This document shows positions 37,516-48,707 of a stretch of 64,000 nucleotides of DNA, one piece after another; position 1 is the stretch's first letter, and each line of letters opens with the position of its first letter. The position numbers and the translations under genes are program-made. Source of the DNA: Candidatus Nomurabacteria bacterium RIFCSPLOWO2_01_FULL_41_18 (GTDB lineage: Bacteria > Patescibacteriota > Minisyncoccia > Phycocordibacterales > UBA9973); assembly GCA_001785865.1 (NCBI GenBank), contig MFUZ01000002.1:22128-86127 (forward strand), written 5' to 3'. The notes under the pieces were generated by a model. The model made no database searches. It saw only the letters and a list, made by a program, of their open reading frames with translations, and was not told the origin of the DNA.

Positions 37516-38379
37516 ATGAAAAATATTTTCAAAAAAATATTACTGCTAAATAAAAAAGAAGGAGAAACCCCGCTAGAAGCTCTAGAGAATTTTCGCAGAA
37601 AGAAAAGCAAGAAAAATAAAAAATATAAAGATGTGAAGATGACTTATGCTGGACGTCTAGACCCCATGGCGAGTGGACTTTTACTTGTGTTAGCAGGCGG
37701 AGAAACAAAAAATAAAGAAAAATATTTAGCTTTAGAAAAAGAGTATGAATTCAGTGTGCTTTTTGGTTTTGCGACAGATACATATGATATTTTAGGAAGA
37801 GCACAATATTCCAACATTCTAAAGAACATTAGAACGATAAGATCAAAAAGTGAGTTAGAAAAAAAGATAAAAGAGAATTTGAAATCTTTTGTCGGTAAAT
37901 TTAAACAAAAATACCCGATGTATTCATCAAAAACAGTTCATGGTAAGCCACTTTTTACCTATGCGAGAGCGGGAAAGGCGGTAGAAAGTCCAGAGCATGA
38001 GGTGAATGTAAAGAGTTTGAAGTTTCTTAAAATAAGTAAAATAAATAATACAAAACTTTTAGCTAATATTGAAAAAAGAATAAAAAAAGTAAAAGGGGAC
38101 TTTCGACAGAAAGAAATCTTAAAAATTTGGCGGAGATATCTCAAGGCAAATCAGATAAAAAATTCCTCCGCTTTCCTCCACGCTACGCGTGGACCCTTCC
38201 GCGTTCAGAATTCTTTATCTGATTTGCCTGTATTTTTCATTGCTGATTTTTACATCAAATGTGGTAGTGGGACTTATGTGAGAAGTATCGCTAACGACTT
38301 AGGAAGAAAGATTAAAATCCCAGCACTTGCCCTCTCTATCAAAAGAACAAAAATTGGCAAGTGGAGGCAAGTGGAGTAG
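37516..38379 (+). CDS. truB: tRNA pseudouridine(55) synthase TruB (with in-frame family-2 insertion)
   Basis: 'AGRLDPMASGLLLVLAGGETK' is the catalytic Asp motif. The gene starts directly after the tRNA CCA. Confidence 0.8.
   Translation: MKNIFKKILLLNKKEGETPLEALENFRRKKSKKNKKYKDVKMTYAGRLDPMASGLLLVLAGGETKNKEKYLALEKEYEFSVLFGFATDTYDILGRAQYSNILKNIRTIRSKSELEKKIKENLKSFVGKFKQKYPMYSSKTVHGKPLFTYARAGKAVESPEHEVNVKSLKFLKISKINNTKLLANIEKRIKKVKGDFRQKEILKIWRRYLKANQIKNSSAFLHATRGPFRVQNSLSDLPVFFIADFYIKCGSGTYVRSIANDLGRKIKIPALALSIKRTKIGKWRQVE
38156..38217. repeat. family-2 palindromic element in-frame in truB (encodes KNSSAFLHATRGPFRVQNS)
   Basis: GAATTCCTCCGC...TTCCTCCACGCTACGCGTGGACCCTTCCGCGTTCAGAATTC. Confidence 0.75.
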
Positions 38380-38388
38380 AATATAACA

Positions 38389-39315
38389 ATGCTATTTTCA
38401 GCCTTGATTACGATAGTAGGTCTTTCGCTTTTTGAGGCAGTTTCGTCTGTGGATAACGCTATTATCAATGCGGAAGTGCTTTCTACGATGGGTGCCAAGG
38501 CAAGGCGCTGGTTTCTAACTTGGGGAATGTTTATAGCGGTGTTTCTCGTTCGCGGACTTTTGCCTTTTATAATAATCTGGGCTTTTAATACGTCGCTTAA
38601 CCCTATGCAGATTTTATCAGCTGCATGGTCTTCCGATCCTTTAGTTTTGGAGTCTATAGAAAAATCAGCTCCCATACTCTTGGTGGCGGGCGGAGTGTTT
38701 CTGCTTTTTCTTTTTTTACACTGGTTATTTTTGGAAGAGAAGCATCTGGGACTACCGATTGCTGAGAAATTTTTTATGTCCAAAGGAGTCTGGTTTTATG
38801 CGACGGTTTCTATTTTGCTTGCAATCATATCATGGTTTGCTCTAAAAGAAAGTAACTTGATGGGTTTTGGTGCTGTGGTTGGTTCTAGTCTATTTTTCAT
38901 TACCCACGGTTTCAAACAAAATGCTGAAGAGCAAGAAAGGAAGTTGCTGGGTAGTGCGCATTCAGACTTGAGCAAGCTTTTTTTCTTGGAAATAATTGAT
39001 ACGACATTTTCTATCGATGGCGTTCTAGGAGCTTTTGCCTTTACACTTTCCGTGCCTCTCATTTTGCTCGGCAATGGCTTTGGCGCTCTACTAGTACGAC
39101 AAATTACAATAAGTAATATAGAACGTATTAAAAGATATGTTTATTTAAAAAATGGCGCGATGTACTCGATACTCGTTTTGGGTGTTATTATGATATTACA
39201 TAGTTTTGGTTTTCACATTCCGGAATACTTATCTCCGCTTGCCACGTTTATCATAATTGGATTTTTCTTTTGGAAATCAAAAACACACCTTCAATTAAAT
39301 TTAAGTAGAATTTAA
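38389..39315 (+). CDS. TerC/DUF475-family integral membrane protein
   Basis: 'FEAVSSVDNAIINAEVL' and a repeated polytopic architecture. Confidence 0.5.
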   Translation: MLFSALITIVGLSLFEAVSSVDNAIINAEVLSTMGAKARRWFLTWGMFIAVFLVRGLLPFIIIWAFNTSLNPMQILSAAWSSDPLVLESIEKSAPILLVAGGVFLLFLFLHWLFLEEKHLGLPIAEKFFMSKGVWFYATVSILLAIISWFALKESNLMGFGAVVGSSLFFITHGFKQNAEEQERKLLGSAHSDLSKLFFLEIIDTTFSIDGVLGAFAFTLSVPLILLGNGFGALLVRQITISNIERIKRYVYLKNGAMYSILVLGVIMILHSFGFHIPEYLSPLATFIIIGFFFWKSKTHLQLNLSRI

Positions 39316-39319
39316 ATAA

Positions 39320-42283
39320 ATGAAAGATTCTAAAAAATCCTTTAAAGAAGAATGTAAAAAGTTAAATAAAGCCCAAAAAGAAGCGGTGGATACTATAGAT
39401 GGCCCTGTAATGGTGGTCGCAGGTCCGGGAACGGGGAAGACTCAGATATTAGCGCTCCGTGTAGCAAATATTTTGACCAAGACAGACATCAAAGCAGACA
39501 GTGTTCTGTGTCTTACTTTTACAAACTCTGGTGTAAAAGCTATGCGCGAGCGTTTGCGAACGTACATCGGAGTCGAAGCATCCAAAGTACACATTTCTAC
39601 TTTTCATAGTTTTGGCATGAATATGATCGAGAAGTATTTCCGTGTTCTAGATTTGTATGAAATGCCCCAATTAATGGATGAGGCTGATTCTGTGGCGCTC
39701 TCCGATGCGATTTTAAATGACAATGAATGGAATTATATCCGTCCAAAATCAGACGCTTCTAGATATTTTAACGACTTAAAGAGTTTAATTTCACTTTTGA
39801 AACGTGAGCGGGTAGACGGAGAGACTTTTGGAGACTTGATAAAAAAAGAAATCAGTAATTTGAAGTCTAATCCGGAAAACATTTCTTCGCGCGGTGCGAC
39901 AAAGGGAGAGCTCAAAAAAGATGTACAAAAAAAGATAGAAGGGCTAGAACGCACACAGGAAGCTCTGAAATTCTACGAATTTTATGAAGAAGTAAAAAGA
40001 GAGAAAAACTTGATTGATTATGATGATGTGCTGGAGAATTTGGTAAAAATTGTAGAGATCTCAGAAGAAGTATCTTTTGATATAAAAGAAAAATACCAAT
40101 ATATTTTGATAGATGAACATCAAGATTCATCAGGTGTGCAAAATGAATTTTTGGAAAAAGTGTGGAAAAAAGAAGAAAAGCCGAATATTTTCGTAGTAGG
40201 GGATGACCGTCAGCTTATTTATGGTTTCGGCGGGGCATCACTCTCTTATTTTGAGAATTTTAAACACGTTTTTGGAAAAGCTAAATTGATAACCCTAGAA
40301 GAAAATTATCGTTCTACAGAAAATATTCTAAATATATCTCACAGCCTGCTTCAAAGCTCTATCACCGAGGGGAAATTGAAGACTAATCATGATGAAAACC
40401 ATCCAATTCGTTTGGTTGAAGCTAGTTATCCACGAGATGAAGTCATTGCTTGTGCGCTAGAAATACAAGATAAAATAAAGCACAAAGGAAATATAAATGA
40501 AATGGCAATTCTGGTACCTAAAAACAGACATGTGCGTAGCGCTCTAACTATCTTGCGGAACATGGGGATACAGGTGGCAGGAGGAGAGAAGCTGAATTTT
40601 TTTGAGTCCGACGAAGCGCAAGCAATTCTTCGAGTTTTAAAAATAATCGCATATCCAGCAGATGGAGTTGCTGTATCCGAATCTTTTTTTGATAAGTTTT
40701 CAGAAATTTCGCCCCTAGAAGCGCACAAGTTTGTAAAAGAGAATTATATGCGAGAATTTTCTATTCTTGATGTTTCCAAAGATAACCCAAATCTTTTTGG
40801 AAACGAAAATCCTGTAAAAATTTGGATAGAAAAACTGAAATCTTGGATAGAAAAGTCTGCTGATTTGAATTTATATTCGTTATTACAACATGTTGGTTCA
40901 GAATTTTTGCTTGATACTGCAAAAAATCATGAGGATTTGGTTGTGAGAGTAGAAGTGGTGCGTACGCTTTTGCATTTAGCACTTGGACAGCTAGAAAAGA
41001 ACCCAAAAGTTACTTTGAAAGAATTTTTAGAATTTATTAACCGTCTAGAATCTTATGGCGAGCATATTCCACTTGCGGTATTTTCGAGAGATGAGGGGGT
41101 AAAAGTGCTTACTTTACACGGCGCAAAAGGCTTGGAATTTGATTACGTTTGGATTGCGCATATGGATGAAAAGTCTTTGTCTGGTGGCAGATACGGTGGT
41201 TTTACACTTCCAGAAGTTTTAGAGGAAAAAGTTGAGAAGAAAGATGAAGAAGTTTTAAAACGTCAGTTGTACGTGGCTATTACTCGAGCGAAAAGATTCT
41301 GCACTCTTTCTTATGCATTAAAATCATACACTGGAGGAGATCAACAACTTGCAAGTATCGTGGCAAATTTGGATGAACATTTTGAAAAACAAAATGCAAG
41401 TGAAACAGAGAAAATAATTTTGAAACATAATCCAAAGATATACATCGCGGATTCTGATGTAGGGAAGAATGAGAAAAAAAATACTACAATATCAGATCTT
41501 CAAAAATTAGTGGCAAAAGATTACGAAGATAGAAAAGTGTCAGTATCTCTTTTGAACAATTTTTTTGAGTGTCCGTGGAAATGGTATTTTAGAAATTTAC
41601 TTCAATTGCCAGAAGAAAAAAGTGAAAGTCTAGATTTTGGGAATAAAGTTCATTCTGCTGTTGATAAAATTTTGAAATTTACCCCGCCTAGCTCAGGCGG
41701 GGTAAGAAAAATACCCAATCAAAAAGAACTAGAAGAGATAACAAATAATGATAAAGAAGTCTTGAAAATTATTTCCAAATGGGTGAAAGACAGGCTGCCA
41801 GAGATAGAATCAAAAAGAGAGAATGAAAAAAGTATTTCAGTTAATGATGAAAGATTTTCTAATTTAAATATTTACGGAAAATTAGACTTGATAGAGAATT
41901 TGAATGATAAGAATGTGCGAGTTACGGATTTTAAAACCGGAAGTGTTAAAAAGAAGGGAGATATAGAAAAGATAGATAAAGAGGGTAGAATGAGCACATA
42001 TATGAGGCAACTTGCTATGTATTCATATTTGATTAAGCAAAGTCCAAAATGGAAAGTGGACGTCACCGAATCACGTTTGGAATTTTTGGAAGCAAAAAAT
42101 GAAAAGGAAAGTATTTATGATACAGTTATTCAGAAAGAACAAATAGATTTACTTATTCAAGATATAAAAGATTATGATGATTTAGTTAAAAAAGGGGAAT
42201 GGGTAAACCGTCCCTGCAATTGTAATTCTTATGGTAAGAATACAGAATGTGAATATTGCAAAATGGCAGGGATTTATAAATAA
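39320..42283 (+). CDS. UvrD/AddA-type SF1 helicase fused to C-terminal PD-(D/E)XK nuclease with Cys cluster
   Basis: Walker A 'AGPGTGKTQILALRVANIL', 'LIDEHQDSS' and UvrD C-terminal motifs. The C-terminus carries 'DFKTGS' and a 'CNCNSYGKNTECEYC' cluster. Confidence 0.75.
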   Translation: MKDSKKSFKEECKKLNKAQKEAVDTIDGPVMVVAGPGTGKTQILALRVANILTKTDIKADSVLCLTFTNSGVKAMRERLRTYIGVEASKVHISTFHSFGMNMIEKYFRVLDLYEMPQLMDEADSVALSDAILNDNEWNYIRPKSDASRYFNDLKSLISLLKRERVDGETFGDLIKKEISNLKSNPENISSRGATKGELKKDVQKKIEGLERTQEALKFYEFYEEVKREKNLIDYDDVLENLVKIVEISEEVSFDIKEKYQYILIDEHQDSSGVQNEFLEKVWKKEEKPNIFVVGDDRQLIYGFGGASLSYFENFKHVFGKAKLITLEENYRSTENILNISHSLLQSSITEGKLKTNHDENHPIRLVEASYPRDEVIACALEIQDKIKHKGNINEMAILVPKNRHVRSALTILRNMGIQVAGGEKLNFFESDEAQAILRVLKIIAYPADGVAVSESFFDKFSEISPLEAHKFVKENYMREFSILDVSKDNPNLFGNENPVKIWIEKLKSWIEKSADLNLYSLLQHVGSEFLLDTAKNHEDLVVRVEVVRTLLHLALGQLEKNPKVTLKEFLEFINRLESYGEHIPLAVFSRDEGVKVLTLHGAKGLEFDYVWIAHMDEKSLSGGRYGGFTLPEVLEEKVEKKDEEVLKRQLYVAITRAKRFCTLSYALKSYTGGDQQLASIVANLDEHFEKQNASETEKIILKHNPKIYIADSDVGKNEKKNTTISDLQKLVAKDYEDRKVSVSLLNNFFECPWKWYFRNLLQLPEEKSESLDFGNKVHSAVDKILKFTPPSSGGVRKIPNQKELEEITNNDKEVLKIISKWVKDRLPEIESKRENEKSISVNDERFSNLNIYGKLDLIENLNDKNVRVTDFKTGSVKKKGDIEKIDKEGRMSTYMRQLAMYSYLIKQSPKWKVDVTESRLEFLEAKNEKESIYDTVIQKEQIDLLIQDIKDYDDLVKKGEWVNRPCNCNSYGKNTECEYCKMAGIYK

Positions 42284-42288
42284 AATTT

Positions 42289-42549
42289 ATGGCACATTTT
42301 AATTCCAAAGAGGAGGAAGAACAAGAAGGTCAAACGCAAAGAGAATTACAACTCAAACTTGAACTTGAGCTCGATATGGAGCTTAGAAAAGAACAGGAAT
42401 TAGAAAAAGAAGAAGAACGTAAAAAGGAACAGGAGAAGTCGTTGGAGTTAGAACTTGAAATAGAAGAGGAGCGAAAATTGGAACAAGAACTCGCAGTAGA
42501 AGAGGAAATAGAAAAGGAAGAAGAAAGAAAAAAAGACGACGACGATTAA
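42289..42549 (+). CDS. hypothetical highly acidic E/K-repeat protein (low complexity)
   Basis: 86 aa of ELE/KEE repeats. It may be spurious or a coiled-coil partner. Confidence 0.25.
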   Translation: MAHFNSKEEEEQEGQTQRELQLKLELELDMELRKEQELEKEEERKKEQEKSLELELEIEEERKLEQELAVEEEIEKEEERKKDDDD

Positions 42550-42622
42550 GAAATACCGGTGGGTGGTTTCTAGAAAAATTCAAAATCTTGTAATTTTGTC
42601 TTTTTGTCGCTAATATAGCTAT

Positions 42623-43552
42623 ATGCTTGATGACCAACACGAAATCATTCTTTTCTACAAATATGTCTTTATAAATAATCCGGGAGAGGTGAAAGCCTGG
42701 CAGGAAGAGATGTGTAAGAGATTAAGCCTAAAAGGAAGGTGTATTGTCGCTATCGAGGGAATAAATGCTACTTTTGAGGGGACGAAAGAAAATATAGAGG
42801 AGTATATAAGAGAACTTGAAAAAGAAAAAAGATTTTTAAACATACACTATAAGAAAAGTACAGGGACGGGGAATGCATTTCCAAAACTTTCTATAAAAGT
42901 TCGTAAAGAAATTGTGTCGCTACATTTGGGAACTTGCGACATAGATCCTAATCAAATCACCGGAATACATTTAAAACCTGAAAAGCTTCACGAATGGATC
43001 AAGACCGGGCGTGAATTTTATATCGTGGATATGCGAAATGCTTACGAACACAAAGTGGGGCATTTTGAAAATTCAATTTTGCCACCGATTGAAAATTTCA
43101 GAGATTTGCCGAAAGTTGTGGAGCAAATTGCGCATTTGAAAAATAAAACTGTGCTCACTGTATGCACTGGTGGCGTGCGTTGTGAGAAAGCTTCTGGATT
43201 TTTGGTTACGCAGGGGTTTACGGATGTGTATCAGCTCGATGGGGGAATAGTGAGCTATATGGAAAAATATCCAAATGAAGATTTTCAGGGAAAGCTGTAT
43301 GTTTTTGATGGACGGGTAACTATGGCTTTCTACACAGATGATGTTAAGCATAAAATAGTAGGCAAGTGTGACAGTTGCAAAGAACAATCTGAAAATTATG
43401 TAAATTGCGCGAATCCAGTTTGTCACAGACACTTTATAAATTGTGAAAAATGTCTTAGTGAAAATGACAGGAAAGCATTTTGCCCTGGGGGTTGTGTATT
43501 ATCTCGTCATGGACGCAAAATTAGCCCAGTTGAGGCGGATTTGGTAAGATAA
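42623..43552 (+). CDS. trhO: rhodanese-domain tRNA uridine(34) hydroxylase TrhO/YceA (UPF0176) with Cys-rich C-terminal extension
   Basis: 'ILFYKYVFINNPGEV...LKGRCIVAIEGINATFEG' and the rhodanese 'CTGGVRCEKASGFL'. Confidence 0.8.
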   Translation: MLDDQHEIILFYKYVFINNPGEVKAWQEEMCKRLSLKGRCIVAIEGINATFEGTKENIEEYIRELEKEKRFLNIHYKKSTGTGNAFPKLSIKVRKEIVSLHLGTCDIDPNQITGIHLKPEKLHEWIKTGREFYIVDMRNAYEHKVGHFENSILPPIENFRDLPKVVEQIAHLKNKTVLTVCTGGVRCEKASGFLVTQGFTDVYQLDGGIVSYMEKYPNEDFQGKLYVFDGRVTMAFYTDDVKHKIVGKCDSCKEQSENYVNCANPVCHRHFINCEKCLSENDRKAFCPGGCVLSRHGRKISPVEADLVR

Positions 43553-43558
43553 TAAAAC

Positions 43559-44344
43559 ATGAAAAAAGAAACAAAAAAGGCTACAGAACATCCACTTTCT
43601 ATATTGGCGAATCAGGCTTATGAAGCTTTTGCGGAGATGGGTTTTGAAATTGGAACCGGGCCGGAACTTGAAAGTGACTGGTATAATTTTTATGTCTTGA
43701 ATTTTCCAAAGGATCACCCAGCACTTGATATGCAGGACACTTTTTGGATCAAAGACCCGAAGAAGCTTGTTGAAAATTCTTCCGCATTCCTCCAACCTTC
43801 GGTCGGAACCTTCCGCGGAGAGAATTCTCAACAAGCTTCTTCTCTCGTACTTCGAACGCACACCACAACTGTCACAGCTCGTGAACTTGAAAAGGCTGGC
43901 AAAGAGGGCAGACTGCCCGCTGCTTTTATTTCTGTGGGTAAGGTTTTCCGAAATGAGGCAACTGACATCACTCACGAAATGCAATTTTTTCAGATAGATG
44001 GAGCGATGGTAGGCGAAAATATTTCTCTTGCTGATTTGAAAGGAGTACTCACGAATTTTTACAAAAAAATGCTTGGAGAAAATACCGAAATAGAATTTAG
44101 GCCAAGTTTTTTTCCTTTTACCGAACCATCCATTGAAGTTTTCGCTAAATTTAATGGCAAGTGGCTGGAAATGATGGGTGCAGGAATGCTTCATCCGAAT
44201 GTTTTGCGTAACATTGGTCTTGACCCATCGAAAGTCCAAGGTTTTGCTTTTGGCGGAGGGCTGGACCGTATTGCGATGATCAAATGGAATATTCCCGATG
44301 TGCGTTTGTTTTATCAAGGAGATCTAAGGCTCAATCAGTTTTAA
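43559..44344 (+). CDS. pheS: phenylalanine--tRNA ligase alpha subunit (short form, with in-frame family-2 insertion)
   Basis: 'DTFWI...LRTHTT', and class II motifs 'FISVGKVFRNEATDITHEMQFFQIDG' and 'GFAFGGGLDRIAM'. Confidence 0.9.
   Translation: MKKETKKATEHPLSILANQAYEAFAEMGFEIGTGPELESDWYNFYVLNFPKDHPALDMQDTFWIKDPKKLVENSSAFLQPSVGTFRGENSQQASSLVLRTHTTTVTARELEKAGKEGRLPAAFISVGKVFRNEATDITHEMQFFQIDGAMVGENISLADLKGVLTNFYKKMLGENTEIEFRPSFFPFTEPSIEVFAKFNGKWLEMMGAGMLHPNVLRNIGLDPSKVQGFAFGGGLDRIAMIKWNIPDVRLFYQGDLRLNQF
43756..43845. repeat. family-2 palindromic element, extended about 90-bp form with 27-nt terminal inverted repeats, in-frame in pheS (encodes PKKLVENSSAFLQPSVGTFRGENSQQASSLV)
   Basis: GAAGAAGCTTGTTGAAAATTCTTCCGC...GCGGAGAGAATTCTCAACAAGCTTCTTC. 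It lies between conserved DTFWI and LRTHT blocks, where other PheS proteins have about 5 aa. Confidence 0.8.
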
Positions 44345-44350
44345 TACTTT

Positions 44351-46198
44351 ATGAAAATTTCTTACAATTGGCTTAAATGGTATATACCGGAAGCTCCTAC
44401 AGCAGAGAAACTTGTAGATATTTTCAATTATCATCTTTGTGAAGTTGAAACTTTAACTCCCATCCTTGGGGAGGAGGGGGTAGGGGGTGGTGATTATGTT
44501 TTGGATTTAAAAATTTTACCAAATCGCGCGCATGATTTACTTTCGCATCAAGGCCTTGCTCGCGAGCTTGCATCGCTTCTAAATATTCCATATGTTGACC
44601 CGACCCCGAAATACAAAATTCCCACCTCCGCTAAAGCTACGGCGGGCAAGCCTGAATTGAAAATTTATGTGAAAACATCTCTTTGCCGGAGATATATGGG
44701 AAGAATTGTGAGAAATATAAAGGTGGGACCATCACCACAATGGGTGGTCGATCACTTAGAATCAATAGGGCAGAGAAGCATAAATAATATGGTGGATGCT
44801 GCGAATATTGTTATGTATGACTGTGGTCAGCCAACTCACGTTTTTGATTTGGACAAAGTGAAAAATGAAATAATCATTCGTGATGCCAAAGATGGGGAGG
44901 ATTTGACTACACTTGATAATAAAGCAGTAAAATTAAAAAACTCAAATGTAGTAATTGCTGATTCTAAAAATGCTCTGGCTATCGCCGGCATAAAGGGCGG
45001 GAAAATTGCCGAGGTAGGCAATAATACGAAAAATATAATTCTTGAGGTTGCCAACTTTGATCCTACATCTGTTCGAAAGACAGCTCAAGCCTTAAATATT
45101 TTTACTGATGCGAGAAAGCGATTTGAAAATGATTTATCTCCAGAATTAGCGTCTTATGCAATGTTGGAGCTTTCTGCACTTATTTTTGAAATGTGCCCGG
45201 AGGCTGTTTTTGAGGATGTTGTAGATGTTTACCCGAACTCTCAAGAGGGCGGGTTTATCCGAAAACTTTCTTTTTCAACTGATAGAATTTCAAAGATTTT
45301 AGGTTTAAAGGTTTCCGATAAAGAGATAGAAGATATTTTAAAAAGGTACGTAATTAATTACGTAATTAAAGAAAACAAGTTTGAAATTACTATTCCTCCT
45401 ATGCGCCTAGATCTAGTGATAGAAGAAGATATGGCAGAAGAGATAGGCAGGATTTTGGGATACGATAAAGTAAAAGGGAATATTCCTAAAATAAACTTCA
45501 AACCAAAACAGAATGAAACTTATTCAAAGATAACTTCTGCGAGAAATAAATTGCTTGCGGATGGGTATAGCGAGGTTATGACCTATTCTTTTTGTGATAA
45601 GGGAGAGATTGAAGTGCAAAACAGCGCTTCTGATAAAAAGTTTTTGCGGACGAATCTAACTGACGGACTGAAAGAAAGCATAAAATTAAACCGCTTAAAT
45701 GCTCCGTTTTTAGGAATTGAACAGGTCAAGGTTTTTGAAATTGGAACTATGTTCAAGAAAAGTGGGGAAGAAATGCATGTGGCGTATGGAGATAAAAAAG
45801 GGATTAAAGAAGAAAAATTAGAAGAATTTAGCGAAAAGCTGGAGAAAAATTCTTTGACTTTCCTCCAGCCTTCGGCCGGAACCTTCCGTCCGAAAAATTC
45901 TTCTCCAGCTTTTCGCATGTGGTCACTTTTTCCTTTTATTGCGCGAGACATTGCTGTGTTTGTTCCTGAAAATGTAAAAAGTTCTAAAGTATTAAAAATT
46001 ATTAAAGACAATGCAGGGGATATGGTGGTAAGAGGTCCGGAGCTTTTTGATGAATTCAAAAAGGAAGGCAAAGTTTCCTATGCGTTTAGAATAGTTTTTC
46101 AATCTTATGACCGCACCCTGACAGACGGAGAGGTGAATGAAATCATGAATAAAATAACTGACAAAATTAAAGCAAATAATGGTTGGCAGGCGAGATAA
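44351..46198 (+). CDS. pheT: phenylalanine--tRNA ligase beta subunit (short form, with repeat insertions)
   Basis: N-terminal 'MKISYNWLKWYIP', a B3/B4 domain, and a C-terminal FDX-ACB-like region. Confidence 0.85.
   Translation: MKISYNWLKWYIPEAPTAEKLVDIFNYHLCEVETLTPILGEEGVGGGDYVLDLKILPNRAHDLLSHQGLARELASLLNIPYVDPTPKYKIPTSAKATAGKPELKIYVKTSLCRRYMGRIVRNIKVGPSPQWVVDHLESIGQRSINNMVDAANIVMYDCGQPTHVFDLDKVKNEIIIRDAKDGEDLTTLDNKAVKLKNSNVVIADSKNALAIAGIKGGKIAEVGNNTKNIILEVANFDPTSVRKTAQALNIFTDARKRFENDLSPELASYAMLELSALIFEMCPEAVFEDVVDVYPNSQEGGFIRKLSFSTDRISKILGLKVSDKEIEDILKRYVINYVIKENKFEITIPPMRLDLVIEEDMAEEIGRILGYDKVKGNIPKINFKPKQNETYSKITSARNKLLADGYSEVMTYSFCDKGEIEVQNSASDKKFLRTNLTDGLKESIKLNRLNAPFLGIEQVKVFEIGTMFKKSGEEMHVAYGDKKGIKEEKLEEFSEKLEKNSLTFLQPSAGTFRPKNSSPAFRMWSLFPFIARDIAVFVPENVKSSKVLKIIKDNAGDMVVRGPELFDEFKKEGKVSYAFRIVFQSYDRTLTDGEVNEIMNKITDKIKANNGWQAR
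44460..44492. repeat. degenerate family-1 fragment in-frame in pheT (encodes LGEEGVGGG)
   Basis: The reverse complement CACCACCCCCTACCCCCTCCTCCCCAAGGATGGG aligns to the 31227 element CACCACCCCGTAGCCCCTCCTCAATAAGGAGGGG. Confidence 0.5.
45347..45368. repeat. TACGTAATTAATTACGTA palindrome inside pheT (encodes RYVINYVIK)
   Basis: A perfect 18-nt palindrome related to the intergenic 28-nt palindrome at 17301. Confidence 0.55.
45842..45905. repeat. family-2 palindromic element in-frame in pheT (encodes KNSLTFLQPSAGTFRPKNSS)
   Basis: GAGAAAAATTCTTTGAC TTTCCTCCAGCCTTCGGCCGGAACCTTCC GTCCGAAAAATTCTTCTC. Confidence 0.8.
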
Positions 46199-48397
<2,199 letters not shown>

Positions 48398-48398
48398 A

Positions 48399-48704
48399 TT
48401 ACTTTTCTCCTTTTAGTATTATTTTTTTCTCAAATCCTCCTTTCTCAGCAAGTTTCTTCTTTCTGATTTCTTCTACATTTGCAAACTCTGGGAGTTTTTT
48501 AAAAGCTTCAATAACTTCTAAAATATCTGCTAATTCTTCAATATTTTCTGCTGCTAAAAATTCCCCTACTTCTTCGGCGAGTTTCTCTAACAATTTTTCC
48601 TTGTATTCCTCTGGAGTGGCCATTATTTTCTGATAGGGAATACCTTTGGTATCTAAATGTTGAGGTATTTTATCCCTAACTAATTTTTGGTAACCTTCTT
48701 TCAT
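48399..48704 (-). CDS. MazG/HisE-like nucleoside triphosphate pyrophosphohydrolase domain protein
   Basis: 'KLVRDKIPQ...EEYKEKLLEKLAEEVGEF...EELADILEVIEA' is an all-alpha NTP-PPase pattern, about 100 aa. Confidence 0.55.
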   Translation of the reverse strand: MKEGYQKLVRDKIPQHLDTKGIPYQKIMATPEEYKEKLLEKLAEEVGEFLAAENIEELADILEVIEAFKKLPEFANVEEIRKKKLAEKGGFEKKIILKGEK

Positions 48705-48707
48705 AAT

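Noticed and set aside
42289-42549. Acidic E/K-repeat ORF as a confident gene
   Set aside because: It is kept only as a low-confidence feature. The low-complexity purine-rich DNA can generate open frames by chance, and no start or RBS evidence is compelling.
43499-44317. 272-aa minus-strand ORF overlapping trhO and pheS
   Set aside because: It is antisense to two well-supported genes, with no motifs.
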